Counted from the first letter of the stretch, positions 1 through 10,279 are shown. The stretch is DNA of 64,000 nucleotides from Gemmatimonadales bacterium (GCA_035763805.1 DASUAL010000092.1:26386-90385); one strand, 5' to 3'. Program-made: numbers and translations. The notes: generated by a model from the sequence alone, not told the origin.

Positions 1-61
1 CGCCCTCATAATTACGTTCTTTTTCAACTGGCTGCGGTGAGGCGGCCAGCCGGTTCGGCGC

Positions 62-1621
62 TCAGCCCGCAGAGCCTTCGCTGAACAGCGTCGTCACCGC
101 GGGCTTCGTAACTTTGCCGAGCGCGTTGCGCGGCAGCGCCACCACGCAGCACAGCGCCCGCGGGACCTTGTAGGGGGCGAGCCGCTCGCGGGCCCACGCC
201 TGGAGCCGCTCGAGCGTGAGCTCCTGGCCGGGCTCGAGCTCCACCGCCACGCATACCCGCTCTCCCCACTCGGCGTCCTTTACGCCCACGACGGCGCACT
301 CGGCCACGGCGGGGTGCGTGCGCAGCACGTCCTCGATCTCGAGCGCCGAGACCTTGTAGCCGCCGGTCTTGATGATGTCCACGCTGGTGCGGCCGAGGAT
401 GCGGTAGGCGCCCTGCTCGACGACCGCCACGTCGCCGCTGCGGAACCACCCGTCGCGGAACGCCTGCGCGGTGGCGTCCGGCCGCCCCCAGTACTCGCGG
501 AACACGCCGGGGCCGCGCACCTCGATCTCTCCGGGCGTACCGGCCGGCACGGGCCGACCCGCGTCATCCACGAGCCGCACCTCTACGCCCGGGAGCGCCG
601 TGCCCACGAATCCGGGGCGCCGCTCGCCGTGCAGCGGGTTCGAAAGCGCCATGCCGATTTCGGTCATCCCGTAGCGCTCGAGCAGTACGTGCCCGCTGAT
701 CTCACGCCAGCGCTCGAACGTTCGCGTGGAGAGCGCCGCCGAGCCTGAGACCATGAGCCGCATGCGGGCCGCTCCGCCCGACAGCACCCGACGTCGGTCG
801 GGCGGAGCAAGCTCCCACGCCGCGATCAGCTTCCCGTAGATCGTCGGCACCGCCATGAACAGCGTGAGGTCGCCGCGTGCGATTCGCTCCCACACCCGGT
901 CGGCGTCGAACTTCTCCGATCGGGGCGGCATTTCGCAGCACGCGCCGGCCCAGAGCGCGCAGGTGAGCACGTTGACGACGCCGTGGACGTGGTGCAGCGG
1001 GAGCACGAGGAGGATGTGATCGTCCGCGGTCCACTCCCATGCCGTGACCAGCGACGTCACCTGGGCACGGATGTTCGCGTGGGTGGTGACCACCCCCTTG
1101 GGCCTGCCCGTGGTGCCACTGGTATAGACCATCATCGCCCGCCTTCCCTCCCCCACCCCTGGGAGCTGGGAGCCGGGAGCAGTACACAACGCGTCGGGGG
1201 TGGAGATGCGGCGAGCCGAGGGTGGAAGCCGAACCTGGTCGAGTAGGGCCGCAAGGTCGGGATGGACGACGACGATCTCCACCCCGGCGTCCTGGATCAC
1301 GTACTCGAGCTCGGCGGGCGGGTGAGACGTGGCCAGGGGCACCGCGATCCCACCCGCGCGCCAGATGCCCCACTGGGTCGCGACGTAGTGGAAGCTGGAC
1401 GGTGCCAGGAAGGCGATGCGCGCCTCCGCGAGGTCGCTCCGGCCGGCGAGCAGGCGGGCGGCAACCCTGCCGGACGCGTCGAGCAGCTCGCTATAGGTGA
1501 ACGCGCCCTCCGAGGCGACGATCGCGACCCGATCGCCGCAGGAGCTGGCGCGCGCGACCAGGGGAAGCTCCGTGGAGTGCAACACGTCGGGTATGTTGGC
1601 CGCCGGAGCGGATAGCGGCAA
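62..1621 (-). CDS. AMP-dependent acyl-CoA synthetase/ligase (adenylate-forming enzyme)
   Basis: 519-aa ORF. AMP-binding motif 'MMVYTSGTTGRPKGV', 'GEIEVRGPGVFREYW', C-terminal 'LPRNALGKVTK'. Confidence 0.85.
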   Translation of the reverse strand: MPLSAPAANIPDVLHSTELPLVARASSCGDRVAIVASEGAFTYSELLDASGRVAARLLAGRSDLAEARIAFLAPSSFHYVATQWGIWRAGGIAVPLATSHPPAELEYVIQDAGVEIVVVHPDLAALLDQVRLPPSARRISTPDALCTAPGSQLPGVGEGRRAMMVYTSGTTGRPKGVVTTHANIRAQVTSLVTAWEWTADDHILLVLPLHHVHGVVNVLTCALWAGACCEMPPRSEKFDADRVWERIARGDLTLFMAVPTIYGKLIAAWELAPPDRRRVLSGGAARMRLMVSGSAALSTRTFERWREISGHVLLERYGMTEIGMALSNPLHGERRPGFVGTALPGVEVRLVDDAGRPVPAGTPGEIEVRGPGVFREYWGRPDATAQAFRDGWFRSGDVAVVEQGAYRILGRTSVDIIKTGGYKVSALEIEDVLRTHPAVAECAVVGVKDAEWGERVCVAVELEPGQELTLERLQAWARERLAPYKVPRALCCVVALPRNALGKVTKPAVTTLFSEGSAG

Positions 1622-1667
1622 GCCGTCGGGCCGTTGCCCGCGCGTGGGCCACTACCATATTCGGAAC

Positions 1668-3227
1668 ATGGCCACCCCGCCGTTGCGCGTGCTCATCGTG
1701 GAGGACTCACCGGCCGACGCGGAGCTGATCCTCCGGGCGTTGCGCACCGGAGGGTTCACGCCGGTGCACGAGCGGGTCGACACCGCCGACGCAATGCGGC
1801 GGGCGCTCGAGCGCCAGCCGTGGGACGTCGTGCTCAGCGACTACTACATGCCGGGCTTCGACGCCCGCGCCGCGCTGGAGGTGCTTCAGGCGCACGGCCA
1901 GGATGTCCCGTTCATCGTCGTGTCCGGGAGCGTGGGCGAGGACACTGCGGTCGCGGCGATGAAAGCCGGGGCCACGGACTACATCATGAAGGACCGGCTG
2001 CAGCGGCTTGCGCCCGCGGTGAACCGGGCGGTCGCGGACGCCGCCGTGCGACGCGAGCGCCGGCGCCTGGAGCAGCAGCTGCTGCAATCCCAGAAGCTCG
2101 AGGCCGTGGGGCGGCTCGCCGGCGGCGTGGCGCACGACTTCAACAACGTGCTCACGGCGATCCTCGGCTCGACCGAGCTGCTCCTCCTCGACACGGCTCC
2201 AACCGCCCCGAGACGGGAGGAGCTGGAAATCATCCGGGACGCCGGTGTGCGCGCCCGGGACCTCATCCGCCAGCTGCTCGCCTTCAGCGCCCGCCAGGTG
2301 CTCAACCCCACGGTCCTCGACCTGAACCACCTCGTGACCAATCTCAACCGGATGCTGCGCCGGCTGATCGGCGAGGACATCGCGCTGGACGCGGCCCTCG
2401 CCCCGGACCTCGGGGCCGTGCGCGCCGACGCCGGGCAGCTCGAACAGGTGCTGGTGAACTTGGCGGTAAATGCGTGCGACGCGATGCCGCAGGGCGGGCG
2501 CCTCACCATCCGGACTGCCAATGCCGAGGTCACCAACGCCGACACCCCCGCGCACCGCGACGTGCCGCCGGGGCGCTACGTCGTCCTCCAGGTGACCGAC
2601 ACCGGCGTCGGCATGGACCATGAGACGCAGGCTCACCTGTTCGAGCCGTTCTTCTCGACGAAGCCACGCGGCAAGGGGGCCGGGTTGGGCCTCGCCACGG
2701 TGTACGGCATCGCGCTGCAAAGCGGCGGTCACGTGACGGTCGAGAGCGCGCCTGGCGCCGGCGCGACCTTCCGGATCTACCTCCCGCACGTGGCCGAGCC
2801 CGTGGACCCCGTCTTCGCTCCCGGCCCCGTCGCCGCACCCGTCACCGGCACGGAGACCGTGCTCCTCGCCGAGGACGAGCCGCTCGTTCGCACCCTCGCA
2901 CGGAAGGTGCTGGAGCAGGCGGAATACCGGGTGCTCGCGGCCGCCCGGGGTGCGGAAGCGCTCGACATCGCGCAGCGGCACGACGGCCCGATCCACCTCC
3001 TGCTGACGGACATCGTGATGCCCGAGATGAGCGGCCGCGAGCTGGCGCACCGGCTCGCGGAGCTGCGGCCGGGCGTGCGCGTGCTCTATATGTCCGGCTA
3101 CTCGGACGAGGCGGTCGCCCAGCAGGGTGCGCTCGATCACGGCGCGCCGTTGCTGCAGAAGCCCTTCACGCCCGCAGCCCTGGCACAAAAGGTCCGCGAA
3201 GTGTTGGACCGGCGCGCAGCGCCTTAA
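1668..3227 (+). CDS. Hybrid sensor histidine kinase (REC - HisKA - HATPase_c - REC)
   Basis: ATG at 1668 gives 'MATPPLRVLIVEDSPADAELI..VVLSDYYMPGFD' (receiver). H-box 'VAHDFNNVLTAILG'. ATPase 'VTDTGVGMD', 'GAGLGLATV'. Second receiver 'VLLAEDEP..LLLTDIVMPEMSG..QKPF'. The upstream part of the 1497 ORF overlaps the ligase gene. Confidence 0.85.
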   Translation: MATPPLRVLIVEDSPADAELILRALRTGGFTPVHERVDTADAMRRALERQPWDVVLSDYYMPGFDARAALEVLQAHGQDVPFIVVSGSVGEDTAVAAMKAGATDYIMKDRLQRLAPAVNRAVADAAVRRERRRLEQQLLQSQKLEAVGRLAGGVAHDFNNVLTAILGSTELLLLDTAPTAPRREELEIIRDAGVRARDLIRQLLAFSARQVLNPTVLDLNHLVTNLNRMLRRLIGEDIALDAALAPDLGAVRADAGQLEQVLVNLAVNACDAMPQGGRLTIRTANAEVTNADTPAHRDVPPGRYVVLQVTDTGVGMDHETQAHLFEPFFSTKPRGKGAGLGLATVYGIALQSGGHVTVESAPGAGATFRIYLPHVAEPVDPVFAPGPVAAPVTGTETVLLAEDEPLVRTLARKVLEQAEYRVLAAARGAEALDIAQRHDGPIHLLLTDIVMPEMSGRELAHRLAELRPGVRVLYMSGYSDEAVAQQGALDHGAPLLQKPFTPAALAQKVREVLDRRAAP

Positions 3228-3344
3228 AGCGCCCGCCCCGAGCAGCGCACCAACCCCTTCGGGTTACGCAGGCGGGCTCCCAGACGTCTTTACAGGAATA
3301 CCTCGCGTTGCCTTGCACCACTCAGTCGAGCGGGATCTACGACC

Positions 3345-4406
3345 TTGGCTTCCTGCACGGTGCGGCTGCACCGGTCCTTTGTAGGCACCGACGTGACGGT
3401 GATCGTTCCCGCCTACAACGAGGCGGCGAGCGTGGCCGACACGATCCGGAGCCTCCAGGCGCAGACCGCACGGCCGCGCGAGATCATCGTGGTGGACGAT
3501 TGCTCCACCGACGGGACCGGCGACGTGGCCCGCGCGCTGGGGGTCGTGGTGGTCCGCCCGCGGCGCAACACCGGCTCCAAAGCGGGCGCCCAAACCTTCG
3601 GGCTCCGCTACGTCCGCACGCCGCTCACCGTTGCGATCGACGCCGACACGGTGCTCGCACCCGACGCCATCGAGCAGCTCTTGTCGGCGTTCGACCGACC
3701 GGCCGTCGCTGCCGCGTGCGGCTTCGTCCTGCCCAAGCGGGTCCGCAGCCTGTGGGAGCGCGGGCGCTACGTCGAGTACCTGTTCGCCTTCACCTACTAC
3801 AAGCGGGTGCAGGAGTACTACGGGAAGCCGCTCATCTCTTCCGGGTGCTTCTCGATGTACCGGACGGCGATTCTCAAAGCCCACGGCGGCTGGTCGAGCC
3901 GGACCCTCGCCGAGGACATGGATCTGACGTGGAGCCTGTACCAGGGGGGCCACGAGGTGCGCTTCGTGCCCGAGGCGCTGTGCTACCCGATCGAGCCGCG
4001 CAGCTTCACCCTCATGGGCAAACAGCTGCGGCGCTGGTCCCACGGGTTCGTCCAGAACGTGAAGCTACATTGGCGTGGGCTCCTCGCCGTGCCGTATCTC
4101 CGCTCCGCCGTGGCGGTGGCGTTCTGGGACGCGACCATCGCCGCCGCGGTGTACCTGGTTCTCCTGCCGATCATCGCGCTCGCGCTCGCGAGCCCCTGGG
4201 TGCTGCTCGGGTATGTGATCGATGCGCCGGCTGTGCTCGTTCCAGTGCTCGCCGGCGCCGCCCGGCGCCGCGAAGTCGGCCGCGCCATGGCGTGCGTGCC
4301 CGCATTCTTCGTGCTACGCACCGTGAACGCGCTGTTCTTCCTGCGCGCCGTGTGCGCCGAGCTGCTGCTCGGCCGCTCTTTAAGCGTGTACGAGAAGGGG
4401 CACTGA
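3345..4406 (+). CDS. Family-2 processive beta-glycosyltransferase (PgaC/IcaA/cellulose-synthase-like), C-terminal membrane helices
   Basis: 'VTVIVPAYNEAASV', 'IIVVDDCSTDGT', 'AIDADTV', 'LAEDMDLT', QxxRW-type 'GKQLRRWSHG', then hydrophobic helices. Start is TTG 3345 or GTG 3360. Confidence 0.8.
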   Translation: MASCTVRLHRSFVGTDVTVIVPAYNEAASVADTIRSLQAQTARPREIIVVDDCSTDGTGDVARALGVVVVRPRRNTGSKAGAQTFGLRYVRTPLTVAIDADTVLAPDAIEQLLSAFDRPAVAAACGFVLPKRVRSLWERGRYVEYLFAFTYYKRVQEYYGKPLISSGCFSMYRTAILKAHGGWSSRTLAEDMDLTWSLYQGGHEVRFVPEALCYPIEPRSFTLMGKQLRRWSHGFVQNVKLHWRGLLAVPYLRSAVAVAFWDATIAAAVYLVLLPIIALALASPWVLLGYVIDAPAVLVPVLAGAARRREVGRAMACVPAFFVLRTVNALFFLRAVCAELLLGRSLSVYEKGH

Positions 4407-4408
4407 CC

Positions 4409-6244
4409 GTGACGGTCGGGCTGCCGGGCACGGGCATCGGCGGGTTGTTCTACCTCGCGAGTGCGCTCGCCATGCCGCTGCGCGAGGTCTATCGGCGCGT
4501 GCGCGGGCGCCGCGGGCTCGGCTGGCGCGTCGTCGCCGAGCAGACGGCGATCGCCGGCGCCATCCTCGCGGGGATGTGGGCGACGGGATGGCTCCTGGGA
4601 GTGGCGTTTGCCGCCACTCACCCCGTCGTGTCGCCGGGCGCCGGGGCGCCTTCTGGCAACGTGCTCAGGACAGCGGCGGTCGTGCTGACCCTGGGCACGC
4701 TCACCGTCGTGCTCCTCGGGGTCGAGCTGCTGCGGCTCTGGGTCCACCGCGGGACCAAGCGCGAGGCCTCCCAGGCGGTGCGGCGCACGGAGCGGCGCGT
4801 GGCCGCCGGCGGGGGACGAAGAGAACGGCCAGGAGTCCTGCTGCGGGGCCTGCTGCTTCTGGTTGTGCTCGAAGCAGTCGCGGCGGCCGCCCCGGCCACC
4901 GCCGTACCGCAGCAGGCCGGCGCGTCCCCCGAGGCCGGCCGCCTCTACCGGGCGGACTCGGCGTTTAAGGCAGGAGATACGCGAGCCGCCGCACGGGAAT
5001 ACGCGGCCGTGCTGGCGGACGAGCCGGAGAATTCCCGCGCCACCTATCGGCTCGCCCAGCTGAGGCGCGCCACTGACCCCGCCGAGGCGCTGGGGCTGTT
5101 CCAGCGCTACGTCGGGCTTGAGCCGTCCGACCCCTGGGGTTACATGGCGGTGGCCGACGTGCTGGCGAGCTCCGGACGCTACGACGACGCGCTTCGCTGG
5201 TACGACGAGGCCCTGCGACTGGCACCGGGCGAGCGGGACGCCGTGGAGGGGCGCGCGCGCGTACTCGCCCGGGCCCGCGCGGCGGCGCCCGCCATCACTC
5301 CGCTCGTCGGCGGGAGCCGCGATTCGGACGGCAACACCACGTTCCGGCTCGGCGGCCTGGCCGAGCTGCCGGCCTTCGGGCCCGCCCGGGTCGGCGTCAT
5401 GGTCAGCCGCGAGCGGGTCGGGGACGGGGTGACAACGACCCACCTCGACCATCTCGCGCTCCGCGCGACGTGGCAGCGCAGGGCGGTGTTGAAGGTGGAT
5501 GCCACGGCCGGCGCGACGCGCCTCGACGCCATCGGCGCCGAGCGGCCGATCGCCGTCCCACCGGGCCCCCCCGGCGCGCGGGCCGCCGCGCCTGTGCCGG
5601 CGGCTCTCATCCCCACGGCCCAGCTCCGCGTGCGCTGGCGCGCGCCAGCGGCTGGGCCGGCCCTCGACTTCCGGGCGCTGCGCAGCGTGCTCGACGCGAC
5701 GCCTCTCCTCGTGGCTAACCGCGTCGTCCGGACGGAGGTGGGCGGCGTAGTCGAGCTGCCGGTCGCCGGATCGTTCAAGCTCCGCGCGATCGGCCGCACG
5801 GCAGTGCTGAGCGACCCCGCCCAGCGGAATCACCGGACCGCGCTCGCCGGCGTCGCGGCGCTGGCGGTGGCGTCCGGCGTCGAGCTGTCGGGCCAGTTCC
5901 ACGAGATGCGATACTCACACCCGAGCGCCGCTGGCTACTTCGCGCCACGGCTCGCCCAGGTCGTCGAGGCGGGCTCGTACGTGGAGGTCGAGACCGCTCG
6001 ATCGCTGCTGCTCGCGTTGGACGTTGGCGTGGGACTGCGCCGGGCCGCCGAGCACGGCACTCCCGTGGGGTCGTGGCGCCGGGCGCTGCGGTGGTACTCG
6101 CTTCTCGTCGTGCCACTCGGGGCCGGGCGCGATATCCGGCTCGAGCTCGACGGCGAGGATTCGGCGATCGCCAACCAGGTGGCGACGACGGGGCAGTGGC
6201 GCTACGGGTCCGCCGCGCTCTCGTTGCGCTGGCCCCTGCGCTGA
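4409..6244 (+). CDS. Membrane / TPR / beta-barrel-like protein, candidate polysaccharide export partner (PgaA/BcsC-like logic)
   Basis: GTG 4409 lies 2 nt after the GT2 stop. About 130 aa with 3 hydrophobic helices. Then an Arg-rich linker and a signal-like 'VLLRGLLLLVVLEAVAAAAPATA'. TPR-like 'YDDALRWYDEALRLAP'. About 330 aa of strand-like sequence ending 'YGSAALSLRWPLR'. An internal GTG at 4799 would give a classical signal peptide. Confidence 0.55.
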   Translation: MTVGLPGTGIGGLFYLASALAMPLREVYRRVRGRRGLGWRVVAEQTAIAGAILAGMWATGWLLGVAFAATHPVVSPGAGAPSGNVLRTAAVVLTLGTLTVVLLGVELLRLWVHRGTKREASQAVRRTERRVAAGGGRRERPGVLLRGLLLLVVLEAVAAAAPATAVPQQAGASPEAGRLYRADSAFKAGDTRAAAREYAAVLADEPENSRATYRLAQLRRATDPAEALGLFQRYVGLEPSDPWGYMAVADVLASSGRYDDALRWYDEALRLAPGERDAVEGRARVLARARAAAPAITPLVGGSRDSDGNTTFRLGGLAELPAFGPARVGVMVSRERVGDGVTTTHLDHLALRATWQRRAVLKVDATAGATRLDAIGAERPIAVPPGPPGARAAAPVPAALIPTAQLRVRWRAPAAGPALDFRALRSVLDATPLLVANRVVRTEVGGVVELPVAGSFKLRAIGRTAVLSDPAQRNHRTALAGVAALAVASGVELSGQFHEMRYSHPSAAGYFAPRLAQVVEAGSYVEVETARSLLLALDVGVGLRRAAEHGTPVGSWRRALRWYSLLVVPLGAGRDIRLELDGEDSAIANQVATTGQWRYGSAALSLRWPLR

Positions 6245-6256
6245 GCCGCTCGGCAG

Positions 6257-7249
6257 CTAGGGAGTGAAGCCCCGGACCGCGTGCGGGGCGTACGGCTTCT
6301 CGAGAGACTCCCGCTCTTGCGGGGTCAGCTTCAGCTCGAGCGCCCGCAGCGCCGCCTCGAGGTGCTCGAGCTTCGTCGCGCCCACGATCGGGGCGACGAC
6401 GCCCGGCCGGCCCAGGAGCCACGCCAGCGCGACCTCGGCCATTGTGACCCCTCTCGCAGTCGCCACCCTATGCACGGCATCCACGACCTCCCAGTCGCTG
6501 GGGTGGTCGTACAGCCGGGTTGAGTAGTCATCGCTCTCCGCCCGGGTGGTGCCGCCGCTCCGGACCTGCGCGTCGGCGGGCCGCGGTCGCGTGAGCAGCC
6601 CGCGCGCCAGCGGGCTCCAGGGGATGAGCCCCACGCCCGCGTGCAGGCAGAGCGGATTCATCTCTCGCTCCTCCTCGCGGTACAGCAGGTTGTAGTGGTT
6701 CTGCATGGAGATGAACCGCGCCCAGCCGTGCCGGTCGGATGCCGCGAGGGCGAGCACCATCCGCCACGCGGGGCCCGAGCTGGCCCCGAGGTAACGGACC
6801 TTGCCGGCCCGCACGAGGTCGTCCAGCGCCTCGAGGGTTTCCTCGATAGGCACCTCGGGGTCGAAACGGTGAATCTGGTAGAGGTCGATCGTGTCCACGC
6901 CGAGCCGCCGCAGGCTCGCCTCGCACTCCTGCAGGACGTGCTTGCGCGACAGTCCGGCCATGTTGGGGCGCGGACCCATGGGGAAGTAGACCTTGGTCGC
7001 GATAACGATCTCCTCGCGCTTCGCGACCTCGCGCAGCGCGCGACCGGTGATTTCCTCGCTCACCCCCAGCGAGTACATGTCGGCGGTATCGAAGAAGTTG
7101 ATCCCCGCCTCGACCGCTCGGCGGAAGAACGGCCGCGCCGCCTGCTCGTCGAGCACCCAGGGGCGCCAGCTCGGGGTGCCGTAGCTCATGCACCCGAGGC
7201 AAATGCGGGACACAGTCAGGCCGGTGCGACCAAGCTGCGCGTATTCCAT
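6257..7249 (-). CDS. Aldo/keto reductase
   Basis: 'MEYAQLGRTGLTVSRICLGCMSYG', 'INFFDTADMYS', 'IDLYQIHRFD', 'VRYLGAS'. ATG at 7249 chosen over the upstream extension. Confidence 0.85.
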   Translation of the reverse strand: MEYAQLGRTGLTVSRICLGCMSYGTPSWRPWVLDEQAARPFFRRAVEAGINFFDTADMYSLGVSEEITGRALREVAKREEIVIATKVYFPMGPRPNMAGLSRKHVLQECEASLRRLGVDTIDLYQIHRFDPEVPIEETLEALDDLVRAGKVRYLGASSGPAWRMVLALAASDRHGWARFISMQNHYNLLYREEEREMNPLCLHAGVGLIPWSPLARGLLTRPRPADAQVRSGGTTRAESDDYSTRLYDHPSDWEVVDAVHRVATARGVTMAEVALAWLLGRPGVVAPIVGATKLEHLEAALRALELKLTPQERESLEKPYAPHAVRGFTP

Positions 7250-7444
7250 GCAAGACCTCGGGTGGCGGAGGGAGCGCCCGCTGGGAGGCCGGTGTGTTGC
7301 CACCGGCCCTACCGAACACCATTCTAGCTGCTGCTCGCAGAGGTCGCATGATTCTCGTGGTCGGCGCTGGATGTTCCCGGTGCAGCTCGTCTCCGTGAGC
7401 GACCACGCCCGTCGCGTGGTACACCGCTGAGCGACGGGGCCGGC

Positions 7445-7909
7445 CTAGCAGCCGTGACCCTGCATCGCCGCTGCCTCCGCGAACCGGCGCGCCTCCTCGG
7501 CCAGGTCCACGTCCTGCCCCGCGAGGCCACTCAGCCTTACCGCGAGGAGCAGCTCGTACCGGAGGTCTTCGCGGGCGGGCTCGACTTGGACCGCGCGGGC
7601 GAGCGGTCCGATCGCCCGGTCGAACCACCCGCGTCGGATGTAGAGATACGCCAGCGCCGCCATCGCTTCCACGTCCAGTTCGTTCCGCTCGATCTTCAGC
7701 ATCAACGCGTCCACCTCGCGGTCCAGCTCGCTCAGCTCCGCGAGGGAGAGCGAGTCATCCCGCGCTGCGGGTGTGCCCGGCGCGATACGCGCGATGGCGA
7801 AGGGAACATCGGTTTCGCGGTTGGGCCGCTCGGGTGCCACCAGTTCTCTGCAAGCCAGCGCGAGCAGCGCGACGTGGGCGGCGACCAGCACGGGGGTGGC
7901 GGAGCGCAT
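7445..7909 (-). CDS. Secreted/lipoprotein-like hypothetical protein with TPR-like helix pair
   Basis: N-terminal 'MRSATPVLVAAHVALLALAC' signal-like segment. 'AMAALAYLYIRRGWFDRAIGPLARAV'. No family recognised. Confidence 0.5.
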   Translation of the reverse strand: MRSATPVLVAAHVALLALACRELVAPERPNRETDVPFAIARIAPGTPAARDDSLSLAELSELDREVDALMLKIERNELDVEAMAALAYLYIRRGWFDRAIGPLARAVQVEPAREDLRYELLLAVRLSGLAGQDVDLAEEARRFAEAAAMQGHGC

Positions 7910-8095
7910 ACGGTCCTCCTGCTTGAGGGTGCGCCAACGATGGTTGACGCGGGACTCCTAAGCAGGCGTGATGCCACGGGACGGGACGAGGACTGGGGCC
8001 CGTTCCGGACCAGGTCCGTGTCCCAGTAGACACTACCAGCAGAGGGGAACGTGTCCGCGGAGACACGGAGGAGGCGTGAGGCGGGGACGCGATCC

Positions 8096-10279
8096 CTACG
8101 CGGAACGCAGCTGGTCGGGCTTCACCGGCAGCTTGCGGATCCGCCTGCCGGTCGCTGCGAAGATCGCGTTGGTAACGGCGGGCATCACCGCCGACGTACC
8201 CGGCTCCCCGATGCCACCTGGCGCCTCCATGCTCTTGACGAGATGGACATCGATCGTCGGCGTCTCGTTGATGCGCAGCATGCGATAGTTGTTGAAGTTG
8301 GACTGCTCGACCCGGCCGCCCTTGATCGTGATCTCGCCGAACAGCGCGGCAGTGATCCCGAAGATGATCCCGCTCTCCATCTGCGCCCGGACCGTGTCCG
8401 GGTTCACGATGATGCCACAATCCACCGCGCAAACGACGCGATGGACGCGGACCTCCCCTTGCTTCGACACCGAGACTTCGGCGACCTGGGCGATGTAGCT
8501 CCCGAAGGCATGCAACAGTGAGATGCCGCGCCCGCTGCCCCGCGGCAGCGGCTTCCCCCAGTCTCCCTGCGCCGCGGCCAGCTCGAGCACCGCTCCGGCG
8601 CGCGGGGACTGGTCGAGGAGGGCGCGGCGATATTCGAACGGGTCCTGCTTCGCCGCCGCCGCCAGCTCGTCGATGAAGCTTTCGACCACGAAGATGTTGT
8701 GAGTGGGCCCGACGCCGCGCCAGAACGCGGTGGGAATACCGAGCGGCTCCTGGCGGACGTACTCCACTCGGATGCTGGGAAGGCTGTACGGCGGCTCCGC
8801 GGCGCCTTCCACAGCGTCGAGATCGAGGCGCTTGATCATCGCGCGGAGCCGGTGGACGCCGCCGGCCCGAATCACCCGCAGGTTCTTCGGGAACAGCTCG
8901 CTGGTCCAGCGTGCCTCGATCGACGAGCCGGCGATGCGGTGCGACCAGGCGACGGGCCTGCCGCGCGCGTCCAGGCCGGCCGCGATCCGGTCGTAATAGT
9001 ACGGCCGGTACATGTCGTGCTGGATGTCCTCTTCGCGGGTCCACACCACCTTCACCGGGCTCGCGACCTGTTGGGCGATCCGCACCGCCTGGATGATGAA
9101 ATCCACCTCCAGCCGTCGCCCGAATCCGCCGCCCAGGAGGTGGTTGTGCACCCGGACCCTGCTCCGCGGCAGACCGGTCAGCGTCGCCGCCGCCGTCTGG
9201 GCGAAGGTCGGCACCTGCGTCCCGACCCAGATGTCGCAGGCGTCCGGGCGAACGTGGACCGTACAGTTCGCCGGCTCCATCGTGGCGTGCGCGAGGAACG
9301 GCACTTCATAAACCGCCTCGAGCGTCTGGCCGGCGCTCGCCATGGCGTCGGCTACGTCGCCGTCGTCGCGCGCTACCACGCCCGACTTCTGGGACGCGGC
9401 TGCCAGCTGCTGCACGATGTCCGCGGTGCTGAGCTTCGCGTTCGGCCCCTCGTCCCACTTGATGTCGAGGGCGGCCAGGCCCCGCTGCGCGGCCCACATA
9501 TGGTCGGCGACGACCGCAACGGCGTCCTCCAGACGCACCAGCTGATGGACACCCGCGATCGCCCGTGCCTTCGTGTCGTCCACCGAGGCGAGCCTGCCGC
9601 CGAACACGGGACACGCCGCCACGGTGGCGACCTTCATCCCGGGGATCTGGACGTCGATGCCGTATTGCGCCGTGCCGTTGACTTTGGCGGGGGCGTCGAG
9701 GCGTTTGGCAGGCGTGCCGATCAGCCTAAAGTCCTTCGGCGCCTTGAGCGTGACGTTGCGCGGCGCGGGTAGTGTCGCCGCCTTGGCGACCAGGGCGCCG
9801 TACCCGAGGCTGCGGCCGGTCGGTCCATGGATTACCTCGCCGCGTGCGGCGCGGCAGGAGCCGGGCTCGACCTTCCAGGTCTGCGCCGCGGCCGCCACGA
9901 GCAGGGTGCGGGCGGTGGCGCCGGCGCGGCGCAACGGGTCCCAGTTGCCACGGACCGACGTCGAGGCACCCGTCTGCTGCACGCCGAACAGTGGGTCGGC
10001 GTACAGCTTGTCGTCGGGCGGCGCGTGCTCGAGATGGACCTGGCTGAGATCAACTTCCAGCTCCTCGGCCAGCAGCATGGGCATGGATGTGTACGTCCCC
10101 TGTCCCATTTCCACCTTGTGCATGACGAGGGTCACGCGACCGTCGTGGTCGATGCGGACGAACGCGTTGGGTGCAAACAGGTCATCCGGCTCGAGCGGAG
10201 GCAGGCGGAAGCCGAGCAACAGGCCGCCCCCGATGGCGGCGCTGGTCTCGAGGAAAGTCCGGCGGGAGACGACGTGCAT
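8096..10279 (-). CDS. Molybdopterin-dependent oxidoreductase large subunit (xanthine dehydrogenase family, IorB-like), Tat-exported
   Basis: 727 aa. Twin-arginine-type start 'MHVVSRRTFLETSAAIGGGLLLG'. 'HLLGGGFGRR', 'GVGPTHN', 'GGIGEPGTSAVMPAVTNAI' typical of aldehyde-oxidase/XDH Mo-binding subunits. Confidence 0.85.
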   Translation of the reverse strand: MHVVSRRTFLETSAAIGGGLLLGFRLPPLEPDDLFAPNAFVRIDHDGRVTLVMHKVEMGQGTYTSMPMLLAEELEVDLSQVHLEHAPPDDKLYADPLFGVQQTGASTSVRGNWDPLRRAGATARTLLVAAAAQTWKVEPGSCRAARGEVIHGPTGRSLGYGALVAKAATLPAPRNVTLKAPKDFRLIGTPAKRLDAPAKVNGTAQYGIDVQIPGMKVATVAACPVFGGRLASVDDTKARAIAGVHQLVRLEDAVAVVADHMWAAQRGLAALDIKWDEGPNAKLSTADIVQQLAAASQKSGVVARDDGDVADAMASAGQTLEAVYEVPFLAHATMEPANCTVHVRPDACDIWVGTQVPTFAQTAAATLTGLPRSRVRVHNHLLGGGFGRRLEVDFIIQAVRIAQQVASPVKVVWTREEDIQHDMYRPYYYDRIAAGLDARGRPVAWSHRIAGSSIEARWTSELFPKNLRVIRAGGVHRLRAMIKRLDLDAVEGAAEPPYSLPSIRVEYVRQEPLGIPTAFWRGVGPTHNIFVVESFIDELAAAAKQDPFEYRRALLDQSPRAGAVLELAAAQGDWGKPLPRGSGRGISLLHAFGSYIAQVAEVSVSKQGEVRVHRVVCAVDCGIIVNPDTVRAQMESGIIFGITAALFGEITIKGGRVEQSNFNNYRMLRINETPTIDVHLVKSMEAPGGIGEPGTSAVMPAVTNAIFAATGRRIRKLPVKPDQLRSA

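Noticed and set aside
3308-4408. 5' third of the 978-aa ORF 3308..6244, overlapping the GT2 gene in another frame.
   Set aside because: The GT2 frame carries all the conserved motifs, while this part of the long ORF is Arg/Pro-rich. The real gene is taken to start at GTG 4409, right after the GT2 stop.
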